NCBI GenBank assembly: GCA_964594215.1
Contig: CAZQLN010000002.1
Location: forward strand, 41,855-105,854
Length of the DNA stretch: 64,000 nt
From: an uncultured Bdellovibrionales bacterium
Lineage (GTDB): Bacteria > Patescibacteriota > Minisyncoccia > Moranbacterales > UBA1568
Direction of reading: 5' to 3'
Shown: one piece after another, positions 1 to 10,183 of the stretch
Layout: each line of letters starts with the position of its first letter
Position numbering within the stretch: position 1 is the first letter of the stretch
Program-made: the position numbers and the translations under genes
The notes under the pieces: model-generated
Seen by the model: only the letters and a program-made list of their open reading frames with translations
Told to the model about the DNA's origin: nothing
The model's database searches: none

Positions 1-181
1 GCTCAGGATCACCGAGGATTACCTTACCGATTTCCTCAATCTGTATGATTTCCTCAAGAATAGGCCACAAATTCTCATCTACTGGCCAAATGCCGTAGGG
101 TACCGCTATCCTGGTCTCAGCATGAGCCAGAGCTACCCCTACCTTGGCTCGTCCCCAATCAATAGCTAAAAAGTTTTTCAT
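1..181 (-). CDS. ruvX: YqgF/RuvX-like putative pre-16S rRNA nuclease (Holliday-junction-resolvase-like); N-terminal part only, gene runs off the window start
   Basis: Minus-strand ATG at 179-181 followed by MKNFLAIDWGRAKVGVALAHAETRIAVPYG..., the N-terminal RuvX/YqgF-type motif; no stop before position 1. Confidence 0.6.
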   Translation of the reverse strand, partial: MKNFLAIDWGRAKVGVALAHAETRIAVPYGIWPVDENLWPILEEIIQIEEIGKVILGDPE

Positions 182-188
182 TTCCATA

Positions 189-956
189 CTACGGTCGCGT
201 CAAAACTTCCACCCCATCTTCGGTAACCAATATCGTATCCTCAAAATGAGCAGAGAGTCTATCGTCAGCCGTAATAAACGTCCAATCATCAGGGGCAATC
301 TCTACCTCATACGTACCTGCATTAACCATAGGCTCTAATGCCAAAGTCATCCCGGCTACCAAAGTAATATCTGGGATATCGCGCGTTATATAATTCGGGA
401 TTTGAATATCCTCATGCAATTCTCGGCCAACGCTGTGTCCTACCAAATCACGCACTACTGAAAATCCGGCTTGCTCAACATGATTCTGTACCGCTCGCGC
501 ATAGTCACTCACCTTAGCTCCTGGACGGATAGTCTCTATCCCGCGAAGGAGACTCTCTTCGGTGACTCGCATAATACGTTTAGCTTCATCGGAAATATTT
601 CCAATAGCAATACTACGAGCCATATCAGAAACCATTCCTTCGTAACGCATCCCAATATCAATTTTCAAGATGTCCCCTTCCTTAAGAATACAGTCTTTAC
701 GAGGAATGCCATGAACCACCTCCTCATTAAGGGAAGAACAAATAGAGCCTGGGAACGGACGCTCACTGGCTCCATAGCCCTTGAAAATAGGGATGCCACC
801 GATTTCTCGCATGCGTGTTTCCGCTAAGGTATCAAGCTCAAGTGTACTTACACCTGGCTTAGCTTGAGCGAGCACTTCACTAAGAATCCGAGCTAGGTGT
901 CGAGAAGAAGTTCTAAGACTTTCTATTTCTTGTTCATTTTTGATAAAAAGATTCAT
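189..956 (-). CDS. map: Methionine aminopeptidase type I
   Basis: 255 aa; FKGYGASERPFPGSICSSLNEEVVHGIP...HSVGRELHE motifs of MetAP-I; sits after adk as in spc-operon tails. Confidence 0.9.
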   Translation of the reverse strand: MNLFIKNEQEIESLRTSSRHLARILSEVLAQAKPGVSTLELDTLAETRMREIGGIPIFKGYGASERPFPGSICSSLNEEVVHGIPRKDCILKEGDILKIDIGMRYEGMVSDMARSIAIGNISDEAKRIMRVTEESLLRGIETIRPGAKVSDYARAVQNHVEQAGFSVVRDLVGHSVGRELHEDIQIPNYITRDIPDITLVAGMTLALEPMVNAGTYEVEIAPDDWTFITADDRLSAHFEDTILVTEDGVEVLTRP

Positions 957-970
957 AGATTTTTGAATTC

Positions 971-1639
971 CTAGAGAGACTCTTCGATACTTCGGGCAAT
1001 ATCTTCATAAGGTAGCTCTGCGTCAATCCGAACGAGCTTACCTTGTGTTTGGTAATTTTCTACTACCGGACGAGTATCGCTCACAAAAACAGCATAACGC
1101 TTGGCTACTCCTTCTTTGGTATCATCTGGTCGCTGTCCAATAACGCCACCACACACCGTACAAGCCTCTAATATCTTAATCTCTTCCCATGAGCCTATAT
1201 AAGGCGCCTTGCACTCTTGGCAAAGGAAACGCTTAGATATACGCTCAATGGCAGTTTTTTCACTTAAATCAAGAAAGATAACCTTCTCGACAGTTCGTCC
1301 TCTATCCGCAAGAGCCTTCTCGACTTCATCAACTTGTGAAATTCTTCGAGGAGCCCCATCAAGCAAAACGCCCTGATCCTGAGAGAGTGAGGTCAATATA
1401 TGAGCTACGACATCACCAATCAAACCATCTGAAACAAGCTCTTTCTTAACATTGATAACTTGATGAATAGTTTTTCCGAGATCAGTACCTGATTCTGCCA
1501 AACGACGGAGCTCACTTCCCACATCTATGTGGGCTAAACGATATTTGTTTTTTAATATGGTTGCCTGGGTACTTTTACCACTTCCTGGTGGACCAAGGAG
1601 TATGTAGTTCTTTGGTTGTGATTCAGACATTTTCACCAT
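971..1639 (-). CDS. adk: Adenylate kinase (with Zn-binding lid CxxC...CxxC)
   Basis: LLGPPGSGKSTQA P-loop; CQECKAPY...CTVCGG lid; position after secY. Confidence 0.9.
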   Translation of the reverse strand: MVKMSESQPKNYILLGPPGSGKSTQATILKNKYRLAHIDVGSELRRLAESGTDLGKTIHQVINVKKELVSDGLIGDVVAHILTSLSQDQGVLLDGAPRRISQVDEVEKALADRGRTVEKVIFLDLSEKTAIERISKRFLCQECKAPYIGSWEEIKILEACTVCGGVIGQRPDDTKEGVAKRYAVFVSDTRPVVENYQTQGKLVRIDAELPYEDIARSIEESL

Positions 1640-1642
1640 AGC

Positions 1643-2914
1643 TTACAAAGTCTCATAACTCCTCATCATCATCTGACTCTGAATTTGTTTAATAGTTTCT
1701 AGAACAACCGATACGACGATCAGAATACTTACTCCTCCCAGTGATACTGACTGAATCCCAGTTAGTCCCTGGACAATATACGGCATAACCGCGATAAGAC
1801 CTAGGAATAAAGCACCCGCCAAAGTAATACGATTCATAATATGGTATAGGTACTCCGCAGTGGTTCTCCCTGGACGAATGCCGGGAATATACCCCCCTTG
1901 TTTCTGTAGGTTTTCTGAGATCTTGTTTGGATCAAATACAACAGCTGTATAAAAGTAAGTAAAAACTACCACTAATACAAAGTAGATACTTCCATAAACT
2001 AATTGATCCTGAAGCCAACCAGATACCTTGACTGCGATACTTGCAACATTCTGATGGCTACTCGTCACTAAGAAATTTGCAATCATGGTTGGAATTAAAA
2101 TAAGAGAAACGGCAAAGATAATTGGAATCACACCCGCCTGATTCACTTTGAGTGGTAGGTGTGTAGAGCTACCTCCATACGAATTAGCTCCTCGCATACG
2201 TTTGGCATAGGTAACTGGAATAGTCCGTTGACCTTCGTTAACAAGAATAACTCCAGCGATCGTAGCCGCACCCACAAAAAGAAACATGATGTAAACAAAA
2301 AACTGTGATGGATCCCAGGTTGCCACAAAACGTGAGACTGCTGTTGGAAGACTTGAAACAATTCCAGCAAAGATAATCAATGATACTCCGTTGCCAAGAC
2401 CCTTTTCGGTAATTAACTCACCCAACCACATAAGGAAAATAGTCCCAGCTGTGGCTGAAATGATAATAACGGCCATAGTAAAAGGGGCAATGTCACCTAA
2501 AATATTTTGTGAACGTAAAAGTGAGAGCATGCTGAATGACTGCAGTGCCGCCAGAGGCACTGTAAGCCAGCGGGTGATCATATTGAACTTCTGGCGACCC
2601 TGCTCCCCCTCTTCCTTATAAAGGCGTTCTAGTGACGGTACAAGAGTAGTCAAGAGCTGCATAATAATCGAAGCGGTAATATACGGCGCTACACCGAGAA
2701 GTACAATAGAAATATTACTCAATCCTCCCCCAGAAAAAATATTTAACAAACCAAGAAAGGCATTATCTTCAAAAAGGCGCTTAAGAGCTAGTACATCCAC
2801 TCCTGGGAGCGGGATATTAGCTGCTATACGATACACCACCAATAAAGCCAGAATGAAAACAATCTTATTACGAAGACTAGGGACTTGAAATGCTCTGGTT
2901 AATGTTTGCCACAT
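1643..2914 (-). CDS. secY: Preprotein translocase subunit SecY
   Basis: 423 aa multi-TM protein between rplO and adk; typical SecY N-terminus and TM pattern. Confidence 0.9.
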   Translation of the reverse strand: MWQTLTRAFQVPSLRNKIVFILALLVVYRIAANIPLPGVDVLALKRLFEDNAFLGLLNIFSGGGLSNISIVLLGVAPYITASIIMQLLTTLVPSLERLYKEEGEQGRQKFNMITRWLTVPLAALQSFSMLSLLRSQNILGDIAPFTMAVIIISATAGTIFLMWLGELITEKGLGNGVSLIIFAGIVSSLPTAVSRFVATWDPSQFFVYIMFLFVGAATIAGVILVNEGQRTIPVTYAKRMRGANSYGGSSTHLPLKVNQAGVIPIIFAVSLILIPTMIANFLVTSSHQNVASIAVKVSGWLQDQLVYGSIYFVLVVVFTYFYTAVVFDPNKISENLQKQGGYIPGIRPGRTTAEYLYHIMNRITLAGALFLGLIAVMPYIVQGLTGIQSVSLGGVSILIVVSVVLETIKQIQSQMMMRSYETL

Positions 2915-2960
2915 AGAGATAAAAACAAAATGATAGTTCCTTAAAAGAAAAAATACTCTA

Positions 2961-2982
2961 ATACTAGAGTATTCATTCTATC
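2961..2982 (-). promoter_or_regulatory. Hairpin between rplO and secY
   Basis: AATACTCTA-atac-TAGAGTATT, a perfect 9-bp stem. Confidence 0.35.
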
Positions 2983-3011
2983 CATAGTATAGCGGAGAAA
3001 AAAGGCTTTGA

Positions 3012-3434
3012 CTAGGCCTTAATTGAAAGTAATTTAGCTGCTGCAGCGCTTGCAAGAATACCCGGAGCAATGGTCAATTTCTTCTTGATGGTACCGGTAG
3101 CTACGATTTTTACGCCTTCTTTAAGAGCTTTTTTACCCACCACTTTACGGTCTACCATAAGGGCGACAGTCACCATCTCACCATCCTCAAAAGCCTTATC
3201 CAAAGAACCTAAGGTTACCGTGTGCTTCTGTGGATTAACCGCCTTTTTACCGCGAACCTTCTTCAATCGCTCAACAAACGTTGAACGACCACCTTCAAAA
3301 AGGGGGTCTATTGAGGCGCCAGAACGAGCTTTCTGACCCTTGGTACCACGACCAGCGGTAGTACCGCGCTTGCCGCCACGTCCGATACGCTTAGCGGCTT
3401 TTCTAGTTGGAAGAGTGAGTTGATGAATTTGCAT
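3012..3434 (-). CDS. rplO: 50S ribosomal protein L15
   Basis: MQIHQLTLPTRKAAKRIGRGGKRGTTAGRGTKGQKARSG signature. Confidence 0.93.
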   Translation of the reverse strand: MQIHQLTLPTRKAAKRIGRGGKRGTTAGRGTKGQKARSGASIDPLFEGGRSTFVERLKKVRGKKAVNPQKHTVTLGSLDKAFEDGEMVTVALMVDRKVVGKKALKEGVKIVATGTIKKKLTIAPGILASAAAAKLLSIKA

Positions 3435-3458
3435 AATCCTATATCAGTGGTTTTTGAA

Positions 3459-4001
3459 TTAAGCGGCTATTTCTACCTCTGAAGTAGCTGGAGCTGCTTC
3501 TATCTCTTTTTTAGCACGAGGAGCCTTAAGGGTTTCCAAAGCCTTGATAGTAACACGAGCTACATTTAACGCATTTGAAGCTCCAAGAGACTTAGAAACA
3601 ATATCCTTCACGCCTAGAAGATCTACTACTGCACGAACTGATCCGCCAGCAATAACACCCTGTCCAGGACGCCCCGGCTTGAGAAGAACACGAGCGCTAC
3701 CAAGCTTAGCCAATACATCATGAGTGATCGTTCCATTTTCAAGCTCTACGGTCACCATGTTTTTCTTGGCATCATTAAACGCCTTCTGAATAGCATCAGA
3801 AACATCAGCTCCCTTAGCTACTCCTACTCCTACCTTGCCATTACGGTTACCAATAACCAACGTAGCACGGAAACGGAAACGACGGCCACCTTTAACCACA
3901 CGAGTAACTCGAGCGAGGTTGAGAAGCTTCTGCTCATACTCAGGCTTTTCGCGACGAGCTGGCTTTTTCCCTGATCTTCCTGGTTTACGTTGTTTATCCA
4001 T
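3459..4001 (-). CDS. rpsE: 30S ribosomal protein S5
   Basis: RVTRVVKGGRRFRFRATLVIGNRNGKVGVGVAKG; immediately upstream of rplO with only a 24-nt gap (no L30 gene). Confidence 0.93.
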   Translation of the reverse strand: MDKQRKPGRSGKKPARREKPEYEQKLLNLARVTRVVKGGRRFRFRATLVIGNRNGKVGVGVAKGADVSDAIQKAFNDAKKNMVTVELENGTITHDVLAKLGSARVLLKPGRPGQGVIAGGSVRAVVDLLGVKDIVSKSLGASNALNVARVTIKALETLKAPRAKKEIEAAPATSEVEIAA

Positions 4002-4015
4002 ATATTTCGATAAAA

Positions 4016-4372
4016 TTAGAATTGTATGCCTTCTCCACGAATAGCTTCAGCTAGGGCCTTCACTTTTCCATGATACTTATATCCAGCACGATCAAATACA
4101 ATCGAATCGATGCCAGCTGCTTTGAGACGTTCCCCCAGTAGTTTACCTACTTTTTCAGCACCCTCGATAGTATTCTTAGGAGTCTTACCTGTTTCTCGAA
4201 GATGAGCCTGAGCTAAAGTAGTACCTGTTTCATCATTAATACACTGTACGGAAACAGCACGGAGACTACGGAAGATGGCCACACGCGGAATAAGAGCGGT
4301 TCCAGAGATTTTGCCTCGAACACGACGCTTACGAGCTATGCGATTTTTGAGTCGATTGATTGTTTTCAACAT
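4016..4372 (-). CDS. rplR: 50S ribosomal protein L18
   Basis: 118 aa, RLKNRIARKRRVRGKI N-terminus; operon position. Confidence 0.9.
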   Translation of the reverse strand: MLKTINRLKNRIARKRRVRGKISGTALIPRVAIFRSLRAVSVQCINDETGTTLAQAHLRETGKTPKNTIEGAEKVGKLLGERLKAAGIDSIVFDRAGYKYHGKVKALAEAIRGEGIQF

Positions 4373-4384
4373 AGAGCGTATGTA

Positions 4385-4918
4385 TTATGAAGCTTTCTTA
4401 CCTTCTTTGCGTCTTACTGTTTCTCCGACGTAACGGAATCCTTTGCCTTTATATGGTTCAACTGGTTTGAGTTTACGTACTACCGCAGCAAACTGTCCAA
4501 CCTTTTGTTTATCAATACCCTTAACCGTCATGATGTTACCTTCGATAGTTACTTCGAGTTCACTTGGGACGGTAACCTCAACCGGATGAGAAAAGCCCAA
4601 TGCTAAAGTTACTTTCTTACCAGCAATAGCCATACGATAACCTACACCATTGAGTTCTAATTGTTTCTGAAAACCATTCAACACTCCCTCGCACATATTG
4701 GTCATCATTTTGGCAGTAGTGCCCCAAAGAGCCTGGGCAAGCTTGGTGCTCCCCTTTTTCTCAATAGTGATTTCACTCTCTGTTAGCACGACAGCCACTT
4801 CACGACGAAAAGCAAATTCGAGAGTTCCTTTTGGCCCTTTCACGGTCACAACATTCGCACTCAAACTAGCTTCTACACCAGTTGGGATACTAATCGGTTT
4901 TTTTCCAATTCTGCTCAT
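4385..4918 (-). CDS. rplF: 50S ribosomal protein L6
   Basis: MSRIGKKPISIPTGVEASL...VKGPKG; operon position. Confidence 0.92.
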   Translation of the reverse strand: MSRIGKKPISIPTGVEASLSANVVTVKGPKGTLEFAFRREVAVVLTESEITIEKKGSTKLAQALWGTTAKMMTNMCEGVLNGFQKQLELNGVGYRMAIAGKKVTLALGFSHPVEVTVPSELEVTIEGNIMTVKGIDKQKVGQFAAVVRKLKPVEPYKGKGFRYVGETVRRKEGKKAS

Positions 4919-4930
4919 AGTAGTACTGTA

Positions 4931-5335
4931 TTACCAAACCTTACAGAGAAACTCACCGCCTAAACCTTTACGGTAAGCATTACCACCAGTCATTACCCCT
5001 TGAGAGGTAGACAGAATAGAGATACCGTAGCCATTCTTCACTTTACGGACTTCCTTGCTCTTGACATAAATACGACACCCTTCTGTGCTCACGCGGGTGA
5101 TCTCCTGAATGGCTGGCATGCGCTTGGTTGGATTGATTTGGGTATAACGAAGGCCAAGAACGAGGACCGCTAACGCTCCTTCGCCATCTTTGGTAACACT
5201 CTCGATAAAGCCTTCTTCAAGTAATACCGTAGCAATCTTTTCTTTGAATTTAGACAACGGAATACGTACGCTCCCATGGCCAGCGGCCTGTGCGTTACGA
5301 ATGCGTGTAATCATGTCTGCGATTGGATCTAACAT
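4931..5335 (-). CDS. rpsH: 30S ribosomal protein S8
   Basis: MLDPIADMITRIRNA N-terminus. Confidence 0.93.
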   Translation of the reverse strand: MLDPIADMITRIRNAQAAGHGSVRIPLSKFKEKIATVLLEEGFIESVTKDGEGALAVLVLGLRYTQINPTKRMPAIQEITRVSTEGCRIYVKSKEVRKVKNGYGISILSTSQGVMTGGNAYRKGLGGEFLCKVW

Positions 5336-5352
5336 AGTTCTTGTTTCTTATA

Positions 5353-5538
5353 TTACCAGGAAGCTTTTTTGACCCCGGGGATGAGTCCAGAAAGCGCAAG
5401 CTCTCGGAAACAAATGCGACAGAGATCAAAGCGTCTCATATACCCATGCTTTCGACCACACTTCCAACAACGTCGAACAATACGGCTCGAGAATTTCGGT
5501 GTTTTCAATGCTCTTGCTTGAGTGGATGTCTTTGCCAT
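5353..5538 (-). CDS. rpsZ: 30S ribosomal protein S14, Zn-ribbon type (type Z, 61 aa)
   Basis: [25 protein letters not shown], a C4 zinc motif; sits between rplE and rpsH. Confidence 0.9.
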   Translation of the reverse strand: MAKTSTQARALKTPKFSSRIVRRCWKCGRKHGYMRRFDLCRICFRELALSGLIPGVKKASW

Positions 5539-5552
5539 ACAATATTTTTTGC

Positions 5553-6110
5553 TTATTTAGTCTCTTCTGGTTGGAGTGGTAACCCTATCAAACGGAAGAG
5601 TTCAACTCCTTCTTGTTTATTCTTGGCGGTAGTAACAATATTGACTTGAAAACTGAATAAATGTTGAACAGTTTCTGGTACAATTTCTGGAAAAACAGCG
5701 TGCTCTTTGACTCCAATATTGGCATTGCCGTAAGAATCAATAACATTTTTTTCAAGACCCTGGAAATCACGAACACGTGGTAAGGCGATAGCGAAAAGAC
5801 GATCAAGAAAACTCCACATACGCTCACCATGGAGAGTGACACGAGCTCCAATTTCGAGGTCTTCACGAATCTTGAAACCAGCAATAGCCTTACGAGCACG
5901 AGTCATCACTACCTTCTGACCGGTAATTTTTTCAAGAGCAGCCACTACCTCATCCACTCGCTTAGAGTCTTTGAGGATCTTACCAACACCAACATTCACC
6001 ACTACCTTAGCTACCTTAGGTAGGGCCATTGGGTTACTAATACCAAGAGCTTTTTTAAGCCCTGGAATAGCATCCTTCTGATATCGATCTTTGATGTTAG
6101 CTGTTTTCAT
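5553..6110 (-). CDS. rplE: 50S ribosomal protein L5
   Basis: 185 aa; [15 protein letters not shown]...; operon position. Confidence 0.92.
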   Translation of the reverse strand: MKTANIKDRYQKDAIPGLKKALGISNPMALPKVAKVVVNVGVGKILKDSKRVDEVVAALEKITGQKVVMTRARKAIAGFKIREDLEIGARVTLHGERMWSFLDRLFAIALPRVRDFQGLEKNVIDSYGNANIGVKEHAVFPEIVPETVQHLFSFQVNIVTTAKNKQEGVELFRLIGLPLQPEETK

Positions 6111-6118
6111 AGAATAAT

Positions 6119-6421
6119 TTAGAGGACTTTACCTGATCGTTTACTGATACGTACTTTTTCACCGTTCTTGATTTGGTAGGATACGCGAGTTGGCTTATCT
6201 GTTTCATTACACACCAACATCACATTTGATACATGAAGTGGCGCTTCTTTTTCTATACGCTCACCCTTACGACCACTTTCTGGCTTCAGATGACGCTTCA
6301 TCATATTCACCCCACTCACCACTACTTTATCAAGAGTCGGAATAACACGAGCAACCGTACCGCGCTTACCGCGGTCTTTGCCTGCTATAATCTGTACTTG
6401 ATCTCCTTTTTTGATCTTCAT
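6119..6421 (-). CDS. rplX: 50S ribosomal protein L24 (start re-set to the internal ATG; the track ORF 6119..6619 is over-extended across rplN)
   Basis: MKIKKGDQVQIIAGKDRGKRGTV KOW motif starts at the ATG at 6419-6421, 10 nt after the rplN stop. Confidence 0.88.
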   Translation of the reverse strand: MKIKKGDQVQIIAGKDRGKRGTVARVIPTLDKVVVSGVNMMKRHLKPESGRKGERIEKEAPLHVSNVMLVCNETDKPTRVSYQIKNGEKVRISKRSGKVL

Positions 6422-6431
6422 AGAATTCTTT

Positions 6432-6803
6432 TTACAAAACTTCAGGAGCGAGTGAAACAATCTTGGAATAACCCTTTTCGCGGAGTTCACGGGCAACTGG
6501 TCCGAAAATACGAGTTCCTTTGGGGTCCTTGTTGTTACTATCCAAAATAACAGCGGCATTTTCATCAAAACGAATATAGGAGTTGTCTTTACGTCGGTAG
6601 GTTTTGACCTGACGCACAATTACCGCCTTCACCTTGTCTCCTTTTTTGACAGAACCGCGCGGTTCTGCAGATTTGACTGAAGCAACAATAATATCTCCAA
6701 GTGCAGCATAGCGACGACGAGTTCCACCAAGCACCTTAAAACACTTGATGAGTTTAGCACCACTGTTGTCAGCTACTTTTAACATGCTTTCTACCTGAAT
6801 CAT
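6432..6803 (-). CDS. rplN: 50S ribosomal protein L14
   Basis: [27 protein letters not shown]. Confidence 0.94.
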   Translation of the reverse strand: MIQVESMLKVADNSGAKLIKCFKVLGGTRRRYAALGDIIVASVKSAEPRGSVKKGDKVKAVIVRQVKTYRRKDNSYIRFDENAAVILDSNNKDPKGTRIFGPVARELREKGYSKIVSLAPEVL

Positions 6804-6831
6804 ATTTGTGTTCTCACAGTTGGAATATTGT

Positions 6832-7089
6832 TTATGCCTTAGCTACTACTTGATGACGCTTATCTTTACTGTATGGACGACACTCTTGGAAAATTACCAT
6901 GTCCCCTATCTGATACTGATTAGTTTCATCATGTACCTTATAGCGCTTACTTGAGGTGTACTGTTTGCGATACTTCGTATGAGTCTTCAGTGTATCTACT
7001 TTGACAACAATGGTCTTATCCATCACAGCACTAACTACCACACCTTTGTGCGTTGGTACTTTTTTAGTTGTAAGAGTCACTGCTTCCAT
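6832..7089 (-). CDS. rpsQ: 30S ribosomal protein S17
   Basis: 85 aa, [21 protein letters not shown]-fold signature. Confidence 0.9.
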   Translation of the reverse strand: MEAVTLTTKKVPTHKGVVVSAVMDKTIVVKVDTLKTHTKYRKQYTSSKRYKVHDETNQYQIGDMVIFQECRPYSKDKRHQVVAKA

Positions 7090-7117
7090 ATAAATGTTTC
7101 TTTAGTAAAGATATAGT

Positions 7118-7333
7118 CTAACCAACATTTTGGCTTTCGTCAAGCGAAACTTCTTCTTGGCGAGCGAGGGTCTTCAAACGAGCGATGTCCTTCTTGATCT
7201 TGTGATAATCACTCACGTTTTTCGCTTCTCGAGTTGCCATATCAAAGCGAAGCTTACGAGCCTGTTCCTGGAGGTCAATAAGCGCTTTAGCGCGTTCTGT
7301 CTTCGTTTTTTCCTGCCACTGTGTTGCTTTCAT
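7118..7333 (-). CDS. rpmC: 50S ribosomal protein L29
   Basis: 71 aa helical protein between rplP and rpsQ. Confidence 0.85.
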   Translation of the reverse strand: MKATQWQEKTKTERAKALIDLQEQARKLRFDMATREAKNVSDYHKIKKDIARLKTLARQEEVSLDESQNVG

Positions 7334-7341
7334 AAAATTCC

Positions 7342-7755
7342 TTATTGTTTTTCAATAAAACGAGTTTTCACCGCCAACTTATGTGCTGCTAAACGCATTG
7401 CTTCCTGAGCAGCCTCTTTACTAACGCCATCAAGCTCAAAAAGTACTCTTCCTGCTCGGATCTTAGACACAAAATGATCAACGCTACCCTTTCCTTTACC
7501 CATAGGAGTTTGTTCCCCTTTTTTAGTCATTGGTTTATCTGGGAAAATACGGATCCATACTTTACCGCCACGCTGAATAGAACGGGTCATGGCACGACGA
7601 GCAGCTTCAATCTGACGAGCAGAAATAATACCCTGTTCTGTTGCCTTAAGACCAAAGCTTCCAAAGCTCACCTTGTCCCCTCGGTTTGCGGGCGACTTAA
7701 ACCAACCCCCTCGGTGGATTTTTCGGTGTTTTACTTTTCTTGGTTGGAGTAACAT
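7342..7755 (-). CDS. rplP: 50S ribosomal protein L16
   Basis: [17 protein letters not shown]... Confidence 0.94.
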   Translation of the reverse strand: MLLQPRKVKHRKIHRGGWFKSPANRGDKVSFGSFGLKATEQGIISARQIEAARRAMTRSIQRGGKVWIRIFPDKPMTKKGEQTPMGKGKGSVDHFVSKIRAGRVLFELDGVSKEAAQEAMRLAAHKLAVKTRFIEKQ

Positions 7756-7776
7756 AAGCGTGTCTTTTTTGGTGGA

Positions 7777-8448
7777 CTATTCTTGCTCTTCTTTATTAAC
7801 GGCTTCTTTGAACTTCTCTCCTTTATAAATCCAGACCTTGATTCCAATAACTCCGTAGGTAGTGGCAGCTTCATAGCGAGAAAAATCAATATCGGCACGA
7901 AGCGTATGAAGAGGAATTTTTCCTCGTGACAACCATTCGCGACGAGACATTTCAGCTCCTCCAAGACGACCACAGATTTCAATCTTCACTCCCTCAATAC
8001 CTTTGTGACTCTCAACCTGATCGAGCATACCCTTCAAGATACGACGAAATGGGATACGACGCTCAAGTTGTTCAGCTACCTGCTGAGCCACAAGCATAGC
8101 ATTGGTTTCGGCCTGTTTGACCTCGAGTACCTCTACTTTGAGATCAATCTTCTTGCCAGCAAAAAAACGCTTCTTAATAACTCGGGTTAGATCTTCAATG
8201 CCTGTACCGCCACGGCCAATCAACACACCTGGACGAGAAGTTTCAATAATCAAACGAAGAGCGTTTGCTGAACGTTCAATGCCAACAGATGCAATGGCAG
8301 CCGCCTTCCATTTTTTCATGATCAGCTCTCTCATCTCAACATCTTTCTTGAGTTGTTCACGGTACATTTTCTTCGCGCCAAACCAGCGAGATTGCCAGCC
8401 CGTTGTGATTCCAAGACGTACTCCAGTTGGATTTACTTTATGTCCCAT
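7777..8448 (-). CDS. rpsC: 30S ribosomal protein S3
   Basis: MGHKVNPTGVRLGITTGWQSRWF; KH domain. Confidence 0.94.
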   Translation of the reverse strand: MGHKVNPTGVRLGITTGWQSRWFGAKKMYREQLKKDVEMRELIMKKWKAAAIASVGIERSANALRLIIETSRPGVLIGRGGTGIEDLTRVIKKRFFAGKKIDLKVEVLEVKQAETNAMLVAQQVAEQLERRIPFRRILKGMLDQVESHKGIEGVKIEICGRLGGAEMSRREWLSRGKIPLHTLRADIDFSRYEAATTYGVIGIKVWIYKGEKFKEAVNKEEQE

Positions 8449-8451
8449 AGT

Positions 8452-8967
8452 TTATACAGATTTTCTTTGAAATACTTTAGTAACCTTTGCTGCTTGTGTT
8501 GGCACTGCTGTTCCTATTTTTTCTTGGGCAAGTTTTTTCGGAGCATTCTTTTTTGTTTCGCCCTCTTGGCTGTCAGCTATTTCTTCTTTAGCAACTACCT
8601 TCTTCTTAGCAGGCGCCACTCGATCCTTACCCTCAATCTTTTCATCAAGGATAATCGTCACATGACAACCTCGACGAAGAAGGGGTGTTGCTCTTCCGAA
8701 AGCTCGCGGCAACCAACGCTTCAATGTCGCTGCTTCACCAACACGAATATCGGTAATATAGAGATTCTCGACTGCCAAACCATAGTTGTTAGTAGCGTTA
8801 GCAATAGCACTTTTCAGAAGTGGTTCAAGATGTCCAGATGACTTCTTTATCTGCTTAGAAAGCTGGATCAAAGCTTCGCGCGCATCAATACCAACCAATC
8901 CGCGTGTGACAAGACGGGTCTTTCTAGCTGATATACGTAAGTTTTTGAGGGTTGCTTGTACTTTCAT
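8452..8967 (-). CDS. rplV: 50S ribosomal protein L22, with a ~60-aa Lys/Ala-rich C-terminal extension
   Basis: MKVQATLKNLRISARKTRLV... core; 171 aa against ~110 typical. Confidence 0.9.
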   Translation of the reverse strand: MKVQATLKNLRISARKTRLVTRGLVGIDAREALIQLSKQIKKSSGHLEPLLKSAIANATNNYGLAVENLYITDIRVGEAATLKRWLPRAFGRATPLLRRGCHVTIILDEKIEGKDRVAPAKKKVVAKEEIADSQEGETKKNAPKKLAQEKIGTAVPTQAAKVTKVFQRKSV

Positions 8968-8975
8968 AATAAAAA

Positions 8976-9317
8976 CTATTTCTTAGCACTTTGAGAAGCT
9001 TTTGCAGCTTTTGCCGCGTCAAGTTCTCGCTGCTTAGCGGCTTGTTCCAGTTCTTTCTGCATCTTTCCTCCATGACGATAGAATTTACGAGTCGGAGAAA
9101 ATTCTCCTAAACGGTGTCCTACCATTTCTTCAGTCACGAAAACACTAATATGCTCTCGTCCGTTGTGTACTCCAAAGGTAAAGCCCACCATTTCTGGCGC
9201 AATGACGCAGGCACGAGACCAGGTTTTGATGATTTCACGATCACCAAGCTTCTTGCCCTCAAGCTTTTTGAGGACACGTGGATCTACGTATGGACCTTTT
9301 TTGAGACTACGTGACAT
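8976..9317 (-). CDS. rpsS: 30S ribosomal protein S19, with a Lys/Ala-rich C-terminal tail
   Basis: [18 protein letters not shown]...[18 protein letters not shown]. Confidence 0.93.
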   Translation of the reverse strand: MSRSLKKGPYVDPRVLKKLEGKKLGDREIIKTWSRACVIAPEMVGFTFGVHNGREHISVFVTEEMVGHRLGEFSPTRKFYRHGGKMQKELEQAAKQRELDAAKAAKASQSAKK

Positions 9318-9328
9318 AGATTCTTTGA

Positions 9329-10156
9329 TTACTTCTTGTTACGACGACGGATAATATATTTATTTGTCGGATTCTTTTTCTTGCGAGTCTTCTTGCCGAG
9401 TGCTGGCTTACCCCATGGAGTTTTCGGATGCATACCCAACGGCTGACGTCCTTCTCCACCACCATGTGGGTGATCTACTGGGTTCATAGCAGAACCACGT
9501 ACTGCCGGTCGCTTGTTCATATGACGAGCTCTTCCAGCCTTTCCAATAGTGACCGAGCCATGCTCGAAGTTACTCACTTGGCCGATGGTAGCATAACACT
9601 CTTTATTCACCAAACGAATTTCACTTGAGGTAAGCTTTACTTGAGCCATAGGACCATCTAAAGCCATCAAAGTGGCCTGAGTACCAGCGCTACGAACAAT
9701 TTGACCACCCTTACCTACTTTCATTTCAATATTACAAATGATGGTTCCTGGTGGAATATTTTTCAAAGGCAAGCGAGATCCTTCCTGAATAGGAGCGTTC
9801 TCACCAGAAACAACTGTCTGTCCCACACGCATTTTTTCTGTAGCTAAGATATAGCGCTTCTCACCATCTGCATACGCTACGAGGGCGATGAGCGCTGAAC
9901 GGTTAGGATCCTTTTCGATACTCTTGATAACACCCTGGATATCAAACTTGTTCTGACGAAAGTCCACCATACGATAACGACGCTTGTGCCCTCCGCCCTG
10001 ATGTCGTACAGAAATTTTTCCATGAGAACGTCCAGCCTTTTTCTTGTAAGAAGAAAGGAGCGATTTCTCTGGAGCACGATCAGTCACCGCCTCTGGTTTT
10101 ACCACAGACATGTTACGTCGTCCTGCATTATTTCGTTTGTAGACTTTGATTGCCAT
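9329..10156 (-). CDS. rplB: 50S ribosomal protein L2
   Basis: 275 aa; GRNNNGRITTRHRGGGHKR-like; C-terminal HPHGGGEGR. Confidence 0.94.
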   Translation of the reverse strand: MAIKVYKRNNAGRRNMSVVKPEAVTDRAPEKSLLSSYKKKAGRSHGKISVRHQGGGHKRRYRMVDFRQNKFDIQGVIKSIEKDPNRSALIALVAYADGEKRYILATEKMRVGQTVVSGENAPIQEGSRLPLKNIPPGTIICNIEMKVGKGGQIVRSAGTQATLMALDGPMAQVKLTSSEIRLVNKECYATIGQVSNFEHGSVTIGKAGRARHMNKRPAVRGSAMNPVDHPHGGGEGRQPLGMHPKTPWGKPALGKKTRKKKNPTNKYIIRRRNKK

Positions 10157-10183
10157 AACGTTTCAGTTTGATAGTATGTTTCT

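Noticed and set aside
6119-6619. Track ORF of 166 aa for L24
   Set aside because: Its first 66 codons overlap rplN in another frame. The L24 homology begins at the internal ATG (6421), so only 6119-6421 was kept.
8353-8841. 162-aa plus-strand ORF across rpsC/rplV
   Set aside because: Antisense to two conserved r-protein genes; Cys/Phe-rich low-complexity translation; spurious.
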